A stretch of DNA of 64,000 nucleotides, taken from NCBI GenBank assembly GCA_964035545.1, contig OZ037771.1, positions 3,669,628 through 3,733,627 on the forward strand, in the 5' to 3' direction. Shown piece by piece: positions 28,301 through 40,500 of this stretch. This DNA is from Bugula neritina. Lineage: Eukaryota > Animalia > Bryozoa. The notes beneath the pieces were generated by a model. It had not been told where the DNA came from. It worked only from the letters and a program-made list of their open reading frames with translations, and ran no database searches. A program made the translations under genes and the position numbers. Positions within the stretch are counted from its first letter, which is position 1; every line of letters starts with the position of its first letter.

Positions 28301-31300
28301 GGTAACCACATTAAACTAATATACATAGTAATTAAAATCATATCTAAGGAAAGGAAGGGAGATTCGCCTACCCACTCTATTCAAGTAGATCGTCACATTC
28401 AAAAGCGCTCGTAATGTTCGCATTAAAAAATTAGCCATCTTAGTTCCTTAGTTACCAACAAATAAATAAAACATCTACACAATATATAGCATCATGCATG
28501 TACCACGCGGTGTATCAGTTAGAATTCAATTTGTATCATGACCCCTATGTTTGTTGAATACAAACAACGACATCAAATTTTTTATCAAATTTTCAACCAT
28601 TAGTTAAGACAACAATTGAGATGTCAATAGACAAATTGGTGCATACCAGGACGTACTAGCACATGCATGAAGTACAACACATCCCCAATAAACCCAGCAG
28701 AGAATCAAGTATACCGTACCTTTGATGGGCTGAATGTTCATCAGTGTCCCGGATATCATGTCGTAGTTATAGAATGCCTTGTGTCTCGATCCTAGCACCA
28801 CCTGCTGGCCGTCGGTGGTGAACCTCGCACAGTAGATGGGAAAGTTCTCAACGTGTAGGGACTGAATCTTAGCATTCTTCTCTCCATCCACCTGTAACCA
28901 TTAGAACTCTGAAACTGGACCTGCCAACCCTCGGTCAAATGGTTGCCAGAAACATTGCAGTTTAATTATATGCATCTGAAATTCATGGTTATGTTGCAAC
29001 AGAATTTCTCCAAAAAACTGACATGATGAGCTATTTTATATGAAAATAAAAAAGAGCAGGCAATTCCTAACTATGGAGACACATATTTGTTGAGGAAACA
29101 ATTCTCAAACATTATTATGTTGTGAGCATTTTTACCACACGGTACTGAGCGGAGATTATACCTGAAAGAATGAGAGGTTCTGATCTTTACTGGCCGTCAT
29201 AACAATCTGCGAGGAGGGGTGGAAACGCACCGTACTGACTGTGGTCTGAAATGACGGTGTATTGATGTACCATTCAATTATTAAAACATGAAATAGATTT
29301 AGTATGTACTGAGAACTTGCGAGAATACAAGAGAAACATGCATGCCATGTTTTCAACATACAATCTAAGAGTGTAAGAAGAAAATAAAGTATATATTATA
29401 GGTATCTATTTACTTTATGTAAAAGAGCTTTGTTAGCATGAGTTACAGGTTTATATTCGAGATATGTGGGTGGCAGATGCTGAGTGGATTTACTGAGGTA
29501 ATTCCCAGTATGGCGAGACAACTCCCTTTCTTCTTCATCTTCTGAAACAAAAATGTCACAACAATTTTCACTTGTACAGTACACAGACCCAACGCACAGT
29601 ACGTTTTGTTTCTTCAACCGACCAAAGGCATTATTTCAGGCAAGACCAAGCTATTAGGTAGACCATCAATAGCGAAGGCATCATGATACGGTGAGAGAGT
29701 TTATACTATGAATCATGGTTAAGTTAATCAGAATATTTGATGCATGACGTACACATTGTATTTTCAGAGAGCATCTGTATATTTAGACTAGACAATTTAC
29801 AAATCTACAGATGCAATCATTCTTACCGTCTTCATATCTTTGTTTACTGGAATCATTTTGGTCAAGCTCAGCCCAGGATGGCCGAGGTCCATACACAGCT
29901 TCATACCTATAAAGTTGATAAACATCAAGTATTTTCAATTGAACAGCCAAAAGCGTGTGAAACTCACACAAATAATCGACTATCATTGAGGTTTAAATTT
30001 TCATGCCAAAACATTGTTATGCAATTAACAGCCTTCCCCTTTACTAGTAGTATAGTAGATATTAGATATATTACAACAGATTTAAGCTCCAAAGTGTTAT
30101 ATAATTTTCAAATTAATAAAATTTAAATTGAAGATAACTCCTCAAAAAATGCAAAATACTTTCAATGATAATATATTTTCACATTTATTGCAGCGAGCAA
30201 AACAAAATTTCAGACATGTTTACCTCTTTTTCAATCTTTGTTGATATTCTTTCTGGGAAATACTCGTCTCGCCGAGCTTAGCAAGTTTTCGGTATCGGGA
30301 GTCTTTCAAGTCAACGCTGAAGGAAATATATAACACCAATATAGGAAGGGTTCACCTCCCCCCCCCCCTCTCTTAAGGGACAGAATTTGTTTAAACTCTG
30401 CCAGGTATAGTTAGTATAAAAGCAATCAGAAACAAATGCTACCAAATGAGAGACACACAAACACTCAGTTTACAGTGAAATATATCATTCTATGTGAGAT
30501 AGATGTTAAAGCAATATCTTGACCAAGACATTTTCTTTATTAGGAAATTACAATCACCACTCCGTTTTGTACCATACTGTATGAAGATTCAAATATGCAC
30601 AATACATTTATACTATATTGACACCCCAACTGTTGATTTAACCTACACATACAGAGTAGCATTATGCTATGAGACTAACAAACCTTGCTTCATCTTCGAC
30701 ATTATCATCCTCATCCACCCATACCGGAACTCTTGCAGGTCTTTTAGTACTTGACTAAAATAGATTAAACATATTTCATTGAAAAAATAAGCAGACCATA
30801 GCTATGGTTTAGGCTGAGCGGTACTGCCTATGACTGATGTGACAGATTCTACAGAGAACTATCAGGCCAGGAATGCAAGCAGATGTGCCATGGGTCATAA
30901 AATTTTTGCAGTTACTTAAACACACAAAGAGTTAGAAGATGTTCCAAAAAATTTATGCTTGACTTAAAACATTACAGTTACACTGCCAAGTCACTTCTAC
31001 ACCAATCACCTTCTTATGTCTATCTACTGCAGGTGGTGGAAGCAACAGAAACTGGAAAAAAAGTTGATTGGCAGAAAACTATTTCAACAGAGCACTAGAA
31101 CACACCTCTGTTCGCTCGATGTCAGATTCATCGGATTTCTTTAACATGAGATGCTTTCTTGACCCCAAATGTTCCACAGCATCTTGTTCAGCCCCGAGAA
31201 CAAAATCCTCCAAACTCTTCGCGTCATAAACTTTTCTATGAGACACTTTTGTCAAATTTTCTTCTTTGTTAGCCTCATGAGCGTTCTCTTCAGTGTGAAT

Positions 31301-31420
31301 TTGTGTTGAAAGTACAGGTTCTGGTCTATGACTTTCAGGAACATCTTTGAATTCTGATTCTGTACCATCAAGTGTTTTAGATCCACTGCTATCAGATAGC
31401 GCAAGCTTACGTCTGAGCAT
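16376..31420 (-). CDS. UTP18: U3 small nucleolar RNA-associated protein 18 homolog (WD40, SSU processome), 14 coding exons
   Basis: Exons approx. 31420-31105, 31051-31010, 30754-30684, 30317-30224, 29907-29827, 29542-29415, 29245-29162, 28891-28720, 28293-28193, 26480-26390, 25072-24949, 18154-17980, 17242-17103, 16400-16376. Motifs PVWVDEDD, PSWAEL, VRFHPSSQ, FQVDGEKNAKIQS, VYVWDM..CIHRFRDEG, GSESGVVNIY, SVYQNFP, FSPNSGYFAVG, YRLQHF. A splice acceptor at 31427-31428 just before the ATG implies a 5'UTR exon. Confidence 0.95.
17570..17668. repeat. 27-bp tandem repeat (CTTGCTACCACATGCTACATATAACCA) x3
   Basis: Directly visible; produces the spurious HLLPHATYN ORF. Confidence 0.9.
22030..22225 (+). 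mobile_element. tRNA-Thr-derived SINE copy in the large UTP18 intron
   Basis: GGGTTGAAGCCCGACAAAGG...GATGTTAGGAAGAGCATCCAGTC...GGATGGTGATTATA. Confidence 0.8.
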
Positions 31421-31759
31421 ATTTAACTAAAAGAAAATGATAACATGAATTAATAAAATATTATGGTAAATAATAAATTTTTTATGGCTATAAGGCAGGA
31501 TGCTTAAAATTATGATAATTTGTCAAAATAATAGCAACATGTTCATTTAAATAGGTTCATTAGTAGGTACTAAAAAGTTTACAGCAGTCTCTGCTAGTAT
31601 CTGTTGGTTGAGTGAAAGCTGTCGGTAAGGTAATTCGAGAAAAAATCTTTTCAAAAACTATGATGATTACAAAGTATGGTATTGATCATCAAGTAATGCC
31701 TGTCAATACCTGTCAAATTTTTCTTTGCACTAAACTACTCTGCTGGGTAGAAGGGCTGC

Positions 31760-33250
31760 AATGGTAATAATTTTCATTATGACAATCACGCCATCACAGT
31801 CACTGTGACACAAACACTCACACTGACTGTGAGCATGACTATGAGTAATACTAATAGCTAAAGTTATGGCAGCAGTATGGGTATCACACTGATATTGATA
31901 CTAATACTGACAGTGAGATAGCTCAAACTATTAGTATTACTTTTAGCATTCGTAAAAGTAATACTAAAAGTAAAACAAAGAGTAACTGTAAGAGTTAGAG
32001 TGATATTGATACAGGTATCACTATCAGTATCAGTATGGGTACCACTATCAGAATGAGTATGAGTATCAGTATGACATTCTCGGATTTACATTAATGATTG
32101 TCACTCATCAATCATTGTGATTGAGTTTGACTTTGAGCCTATCACTATCAGTATCAGTATCATCATCATGATCACTGTGATTGATTAAGTTTTACTATTA
32201 CTATCAATATTAGTATTACTATTGCTAGTATAAATATTAGAACTAGTGTATTACTATTGCTGTTTAGTACTAGTAGTGTTTATTAGTCTTTCGCTTAGTC
32301 TTACTCTTAGTCACTCATGCTGATCATCACCATGATCATGACGATCAAATTCAATATCATATTGATATTGATATTCATATTGATATTAAACTCAACGTAA
32401 ACATTAGCCTTAGTCTTACACTAATACTAATCGTAATGCAATAGTCATACAGAATTACTTTAATACTTATAATACTAATAGTAATAGTGCAATACTACTA
32501 TTAAGACTACTTATTATATTAGTATCAGCTGTCGCCTATCCAGATTTAGGCTGTTGAAGGAGCTGAATGGTTTGCTTAGGCAGTGGAAGAACACATGGGC
32601 AGCGCGAGTCAACTTTTTCTGCTTCGCTCAAGGGCGTGATAAAAAGCAATGGGTATCCGGCTCCGCAAAGGTATAATTATTATGTTAGTTACTGTATCTT
32701 CAAGCCTTTGCTTCAATCCAGCATTCTATCAGCGTGATATAATTATATGCAGTAATGTACCTTTAACCCTTTGATCACAATGATTGAATGATAATCACTA
32801 TCAGTGTGACTAAAAGTACCACTACGAGTATGCTAATGCCGATGCTTATAGTTATACTTATTACAACTAAACTGAAAGTATCCTCAAACTCAAATTGTTA
32901 AAGTCAACAAATTGAATTGATCACTGATTGTGATTGATTCAATTTGAATGAGTAATCAAAATGAAAATCATATAGTAATAGTAATACTAATAGTATTACT
33001 ATTAGTATTAGTTGTAATTTATAAGTCTAATATTAACTTTAAGTTTAAGTAAAGATTTAATAAAATAATTAATATAATTTTTTTAATAAATTTTATACTT
33101 ATAGTTATACTAATACTTTCACTTATAGTTATACTTATAGTAAAACTAAATGTAATACTTATACACTAATACTGTGTATAACAGTAATAGACTAATATTA
33201 TTAGTAGTAATACTAATACTAATAGTATCATTTAATTTTATAAACTATTA
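31760..33250. repeat. Cryptic 3/6-nt periodic low-complexity region between UTP18 and MBLAC1
   Basis: Runs such as ACTATCAGTATCAGTATG, GATATTGATATTCATATT and AGTAATACTAATAGT; no long ORF. Confidence 0.75.
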
Positions 33251-33573
33251 CTCAGAAACTTTACTTGGTAAAAGTATTAATTCATGTTGGATAATGTTAT
33301 TTTGTGGTACAATCACAATGTTGAGGGTGTATAATAGTGTATAAACCCAAATTCGCAGTAGTTTTTCGACAATAAATAATTTAAACAGCGTCTTTCAGTT
33401 GCACCACATCGAATCAATTTTTATTGCCAAGATTTTTTATAGCTTCCAAATAAAGATAGTTAATTTTCATGGTGATAGATTGTTTTTTTTTCGATTGCCA
33501 TAAAATGTCGCTATATTCTTGCTTTAATACAAAGTCAATGTTATATTTTATGGTGGAATAGCTGGAACCAAAA

Positions 33574-36119
33574 ATGCCATATGAAATAATTATACTTCGG
33601 CCTGGGTTTTACAAAAAGACAGCTGCAGGTAAATTATAAATCTATCTGCCGCCAACAGTTGTGTTGTTGTGCTACTGGTTCAGACGGGAGTATTTTACAG
33701 GCTGTCATAAGTTTCCACTCACATCACTCTTGTATGTGAGTGGAAACCATTTTCTCACCTAGTATTAGTTTCATTTCTTGGATGAATCACAGTCTTGTCA
33801 TTCTTTTCATTCTCACCTACTAACCTCCAACTCCTTTTAGACCATACTTCTACACTCCTGCATGTCCATTCAAATCACCTGCTATTAGCAATTCCCAGGC
33901 CAAAATATTTGTTTTCCTTTCAAGTTGGCCCAAAATCACTGCTTTTCTTTCTCTCTACATCATTGAAATGTATCTACTGTCATGATGTTTTGTTTTCATC
34001 ATTACGGTATTGTTAGATGTTGCCATCACTTGTTTCTGCCACTATATTCTAAGATATATTACTATTCTACTTGGTCGTCTGAACTGATGCTGGATTTTAA
34101 AACTCGAGGCACTATTTTCATCTAGTTTACTGCAACATCTGTTGAAGGTGAAGGTTACGATGCAGCATGCACTATTACATTATTAAAAGGGAAGTACAAC
34201 ATTATTGTGGACCCAGGATCTGCCTGGGATACTAAGTTTATAATATCAGGTAAGTTTAACAAACTAACTTTAGACCAACTGCTTCAGTTTATCGGTTATA
34301 AAATGTTGTGAACTTACTGCTAGCAGCTCATATTTTTGTGTAATTTCTACAGAGATATTGAAACATGGCTTGAGACCTGAGAACATAAACTATGTAGTTG
34401 GGACGCATGGTCACTCTGATCACATCGGCAATCTGAATCTATTCACTCAGGCTACACATATTGTCTGCCACGATATAAGCAAAGACAATGTTTATTTTCA
34501 ACATCCTTTCGAAGAGGTATTAACATGTGTAAAAAATATTTTGCTGTATTTCATGTCTGTCCCATACTTTGATTGAGTGTTTAATATACAGTATGATATC
34601 GAAAAGTGTGATTTCGATGCTTCAACATTTTTTGCTTTTTTAATATTCACTTTCTGTATCACTAAGTGTGTATACGTCTTTTGCTATCTGATGTGTAACA
34701 TACTATAGAGTCTATAGTATACTATAGGCTATAGAGAATATATAATAAGGCGTGCTGTATACTATAAAATATAAGGTGTGTCGTATACTATAGGGTGTAT
34801 AGTATGCTATAGGGTGTTCCGTATACTATAGATGGGGACGTTTCTATAGAGTCCACTCCAGGGCACACATCACAAGACATCACGGTCTTTGTGACATCAG
34901 GAGACAGTAATCTCGGTGTTGTGGCAGTTGCAGGTACACTTATGAGAATATTTGGAAATCTTTTTAATAATGCTGATAAATATTGTAAAACTGCTCTTTT
35001 ATGGCAATTTCTGCTTGCAAATGAAAGTTAAAGTTAATTAAGTATGATTTAAGTTTTATATCTGTATTCAACAACCAGAATGTGTACTACTATTGATGTG
35101 ATGCATATGGCTCTCAGATATATACTAAGTGACATAGGGGAGTTGTCTATTGTTGAAACATGCACTTAATTGACTTGCCATACACAGTATTCATTCTCCA
35201 CTATTATTTTTCTGGTGGAAGATGAAATATTTCAGAATTTGTATTTTGGGTGACTCATTTTTTTGTACCTTTCAAATATTGTTTTCTGATATTTTCTACT
35301 GTATAACACAAATGTTAATTTATTTTCTGGTCACATATTTAGCTTCAGTACTTGCAGCAAAGTTTTGTATTCTCAGCAAAACTGAACTTTCGATTTCAAC
35401 CCAACAACACCAATTTAACAACTAAATAAACAGCTAAGAAACCACCCATCACAACAACTTGCTTGTTTCAGCAGTACACAAAGCAAGTGAATAACTCAAA
35501 TAAAGAGACTACTGGCTGTTACTTTACAAGACTAAGCTTTTTACACTTAAAACTTCTCTATCATTATGTTGATTTTTAGTCTTAGATATCAATGTTTCAG
35601 GTGATATATTTGAGAATGAGCATTGTTTGTTTGATGACGATCTTTGGATGGGTCAAAGCCAGTTTCCGGAACTTCAAAAAAAGTCCAGAAATACAATACT
35701 CAAGCGTGCAGACACTGTAGTACCAGGTCATGGCGCAATGTTTCAGGTGAGGACTAAACCTAAACACAGGGTCTAAGTATTTTACTTGAATTGCGGTGAT
35801 AGAATAAAATTCAAAGCTCTATGATTAGTTTGGAAAGTTCAGTGTTGTTTAGTAGGTTATTTGCCAGATAGATCTTTTCAGCAGTTTTTAAGAAATATCA
35901 TCCACTCCTTTTTCTCATGCAGACGTATCTACTCAGAACAGCTGTTGGAGTGTGATTTTTTAAAGTTGTAGTAAAGTCAGTATTGTAATAACAAGAAATT
36001 ATTGGAACCTCACTACTGAGTTTTCAATCATCACTTAAGTTTCCTTTTCTTACCAGGTCCCTGCATCATACAAACTTATGGAAGAGGCGGAATCCACAGT
36101 CAACCAGAAGACAAGTTAG
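33574..36119 (+). CDS. MBLAC1: Metallo-beta-lactamase domain-containing protein 1, ~216 aa, 6 exons
   Basis: Exons 33574-33628, 34148-34249, 34353-34516, 34813-34933, 35601-35746, 36057-36119. Motifs [55 protein letters not shown] near 36245. Confidence 0.9.
33720..34045 (-). mobile_element. Degenerate RTE-type LINE endonuclease fragment in MBLAC1 intron 1
   Basis: Minus strand encodes [13 protein letters not shown] and a TYKS remnant, typical of APE endonucleases; the frame is broken. Confidence 0.6.
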
Positions 36120-37384
36120 TCATTGAGCAAACGTTGACATTGAGACAAGTCATGTGACTACAGCGGCCTCAAGTTATTTTCAAAACTCATATTACTAATA
36201 TTGATATTTTCCTCTTTTAGTGCGGAGTTGTTTTCACATTACACAATAAACGAATTTTATATAAAGTATTATGTTAGTTCTTGATTAGCCTTCTATGTAA
36301 ATGTGAGTCTATGGGTATAGTTTTAGCCGGCACTGGCTGTTATTCTACTTTTGACAATTCTTTACACCTTCAAGAAAAAATTTTTTAAATGGCAGTTATC
36401 TTCTCTTTCAATGATGGGTACATCAGGTTGTGAAATAAGTAGCCGCTTTATTTCCTACTACACTATGAGCATTTTTTCATGAGTTACAATATATTCTTAT
36501 TGTACACTATTGTGTTGCTCAAGATAAAAGTTCGCCTTTAGCATGTGGTTGACAATTCCTGGCAAACAATCCCATTTGGTTTTTTATCTGTGATTCGTGT
36601 GTCTATCAAATATGCAGAATGCGTTGCTTATATCAGTCTTGTACTTGAGATCACAATAAGTTGAACTTTCTGGCTCAAGGTCAGTTATAAGTTGAATTTA
36701 AATTATCACCTTGTTTACAACGAGTTATTACTCCTATTCTGAAAACGGCCGATTAAATTATCACGGTACAAAAACTTTTACGAGTGGCTTTTACAATGCA
36801 ATGCAACTCCGAGAAATTTCAACCCGGCTAAATTGAATTTCTGACCAAAAATCGTGAAGGTATAAAGGCAACTTGATAAAATACTTTTGTAAACTTAAAA
36901 AAATAAGTCTACGCTATCAAATCAACTCTCATTAATATTACTGCATATGGTAGGCTTTGCTCAACAGTATTGCAACAAGTTTTATATTTGTTTAGAAGTG
37001 AAATCTCAATAGCATCTGAAATAATAGACTATATTATTCTTTGCTGAGGGAATATTTGTATATGTCCAGTTTCAGGCACCTACCACAGATAAATAGCTGC
37101 ATGTATTCTTACACTTTGCGGTACTTAACTTTCTTGTAAAATTAGCTAATGTAGTCAAATCATGTGTTGATTAACTGAATACAGAAATTCATTAGAGAGT
37201 TTTTTGCATTGGCTCGGAAACTCAAGGGTTATCTTATTTAACAGAAGTGTTATCTTAGAACAAACGGGCCATTGTCACAAATAGTTTTTTGGCATATTTC
37301 CTTTACACACATACACTAGCTAATGCACATGCAGGCTATTCCCAGGGTAGCATTATACCATTGATACATTCCTCACTGTAAAAT

Positions 37385-37480
37385 ATTACTATGACTGAGC
37401 TGATAACATTGGCTCAAGTGCTATCATATTTCACAGATAAATAACATTATCAGGCTAGCAGTGACAGTCAGTTGGTAACT
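37385..37480 (+). promoter_or_regulatory. Putative amidase promoter: ARE-like ATGACTGAGC, GATA sites, GATAAA at ~-34 and Inr TCAGTT
   Basis: The core (GATAAA to Inr) is conserved before all three amidase ATGs (~47940-47985, ~56240-56325); Inr at 37468-37473. The ARE-like part is present only in copies 1 and 3. Confidence 0.5.
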
Positions 37481-37504
37481 GCAGACAGATCTGTGAGGTT
37501 TGAC

Positions 37505-40500
37505 ATGGCAGATCAGGTGACATCATGTAAGTAGGCTACTAGTTTCTGGGCTCTTAGTTTCCACTCTGAAAATAAAGTTTTGGTAAAACACTGAACTTCC
37601 GCTTCCAAAATACATTGCTATACCATCTACACAGTTATTACCTAGTGCAGTTTTTCCTGAAACTGTGGTGGCAGTGAATGTTTGACTGATATCATGTTGA
37701 AAAACTCTGTCAATCAATATCCTGTGTCCACAATCTTTTTGAGAATTACTCATCTATTAACAATAATTGCTACGAGAAACACAAATGCATTCTACAGTTC
37801 CTATTCTGATGTAGATATCCCTTTGGTTGAGCCAGCCTCTCTCGAAGATTTATCTCAGATATCTAATGAACTCAGACTTGGTATTGCTGAACATGAAAAC
37901 AAAGACTATTTGGGTAACCTGACACTAAAATGTAATTTTATTGAAAACTAAAGAATTTATGTCATTGTAATTATTCCACTACCCTACCTAAAAGAACAGC
38001 CCTGATAAGAAAATATTTTTGGTCAACATGATATAGTAGTTTTCAGAGTAACACCAAAGCAGGTTTGACCAAGTGTCTTTTCTAACATCACCAATGTCCC
38101 TAATGGGGGTTCTATCTACCCCTCCCTCCAGTCATGTTGCACATACCAACCTAGCCGTTGCTCTACTCACTTAGTAAACATTTGTGTCTCTTCTAGAAAT
38201 TATAAGAATATGTTGACTAAATGTGTGGACACAGTAGGATTAATTAATTTTGCTTTCACACCAAATGCACTTTATTAAATGTTAATATTAATTCACATTA
38301 CTAATTTAGTTGTTTCCAAATCTTACAGAGGTTGTAAATGGTTGGTTAAAGAGTTGTGATGGCTTGAGATTGATTGAAGAGGAAACAGTGCCTGTCTTGT
38401 ATCCAAGGATTCCAGGAGTAAAGCCAGCAAGGAAGGATAACCCCTACAATGCATGGTAATATGTTTTAAACGTTTTAATATTATTCTAAAATACCAGTCT
38501 GGCACAGGACACAGCATTGGATGATGATGTAATAATAGCCAAATATCAGTGTAAAACAAATCTTATGGTCGGATGGCTTTAGTATATACTACTGTCCTAT
38601 ACCCTACTATACCCTACTATACTTATGTAAGTTTATGGTCACCATCCCTGTACTACACTCTACTATACCCTACTATACGCTACTATATTCTACTATACTA
38701 TACTCTACTATACTCTACTCTAGCTTAGTTTACTTCACTCTACACTTTTTCAGTTTACTTTAATTTAAGAGTTTTTGATTTAAACTTTTCAATAGCTGTG
38801 GAAAGTTAAACACAAAAAATATCATTTTTTAGGGCCACGAAAGTAACGATAAAAGGAGAAGACTCTGGACTCTTGGCTGGGAAAACTGTTGCTATAAAAG
38901 ATAACGTGTTTGTAGCTGGAACTCCTCTAACTAATGGGTCTAAGATATGGGAGGGGTACACTCCAGAGTTTGATGGTACAGTAGTTACTAGGATACTACA
39001 AGCAGGTAATATCTTACAGGGAGTGAACTACACAGGTTACAAGCTTTGTTTCGTAGCTCTATTTACTGAGCTAGGAAGCAAGAAGCAAATCATAAATTTA
39101 TAGAAACCTTTTGTTGTTATTTGTGAAACTCATCTTGCTTTAAGAAGAGGAAATAAACCAACATTCTGCTCACGAACAGGTAATAAAATAAGCTCATGCA
39201 TTTGCCAGGAACAAGCTAAATTAGTGGCAATAATTTTCCTGTTTTTATGTGTGAGCAGTCATTGTCCAAGGGTTAGAGCACTTAATTAACACAAGGTCAG
39301 TGGTTTGAATCCCAGTAAAGACCATTGGAGATCTTGGGAAGAACATCTAATTATGTTTGCTCCTTTGTTACACATAAGGTGGTACTATTCTGGGAAAATC
39401 AACATGCGAGAATCAGTGCTGTTCGGGGAACAGTTTTACCAGTGCCAGTGGCCCGGTTCTGAATCCTGCAGACCAGACCAGATCTGCTGGAGGCTCTAGC
39501 TCTGGAAGTGCGGCTCTTGTAAGTGTGTCTTGATCCTAGCCCGTATGCGTTATTAGAACACAAGTTAAGAAAACTTCTACATTGCAACAATTGTGAGTGT
39601 TTTGGTAGACTGAGGTGTTAGAGTAATGTTGTGATCAAACTTGAGTGTTTTCATGCCCTCACCAACATACACAGCTTGTGAAATCATGAGGTAGATATGC
39701 TATTCACTTTAAACAAACACTTTTTAAACTAAAACTTTTAAAACGTGCCTATCCATAATAATGTAATAACAAGTATAAGAATTCTACTCAAACATTTGTT
39801 TTCTTTTTGTTTAGACTCTTGCATTCAACAATGAGATGTGGTCTCAAACAACTAAGAATGAAGTTTTCAGTCTAGCCTAAAGATATGCAATGGGTTTCTG
39901 AATAACAGCACAGAATCTGCAAACCATTTAATATACTTGTATATAACTGAGATATTTGATTTTTGTAGATAGCCGCTGGGGAAGTGGACATGGCTATTGG
40001 TGGAGATACGGGCGGTTCAATACGCCTCCCCAGCAGCTGGTGTGGCTGCGTAGGACTGAAGCCGACATTTGGTTTAGTGCCTGTAACAGGTTCTTTAGGT
40101 AACGAAAACTTTCAAGTGTTAAGAAGTAAAGAAAATGCTATAAAAGACAATATTTTAATCCATAATTTTTACGTCTTACATAAAATATGTGTTGCTATAA
40201 TAATACAATAAAACTGTAAGTAATATATTATATCATTTAATATTGATGACTACTAATTTACTGCACAACAAGTTTAATAATGATTGTCAGAATTTTTCAG
40301 GTTTGGAGCCCTCTTTAGATCACCTCGGCCCAATGGCTTCTAATGTTACTGACGTAGCAAAGCTGTTAGAAGTTATTGCTGGATATGATGGCGGGAGAGA
40401 TCATAGACAGAATCCTCATGTGACAATACCTAAATACAGTCAGTTGGTAAGTGGGTCATTTTACTTAATTTAGTACACGTTGAAAACTCCAGTTTTTAGC

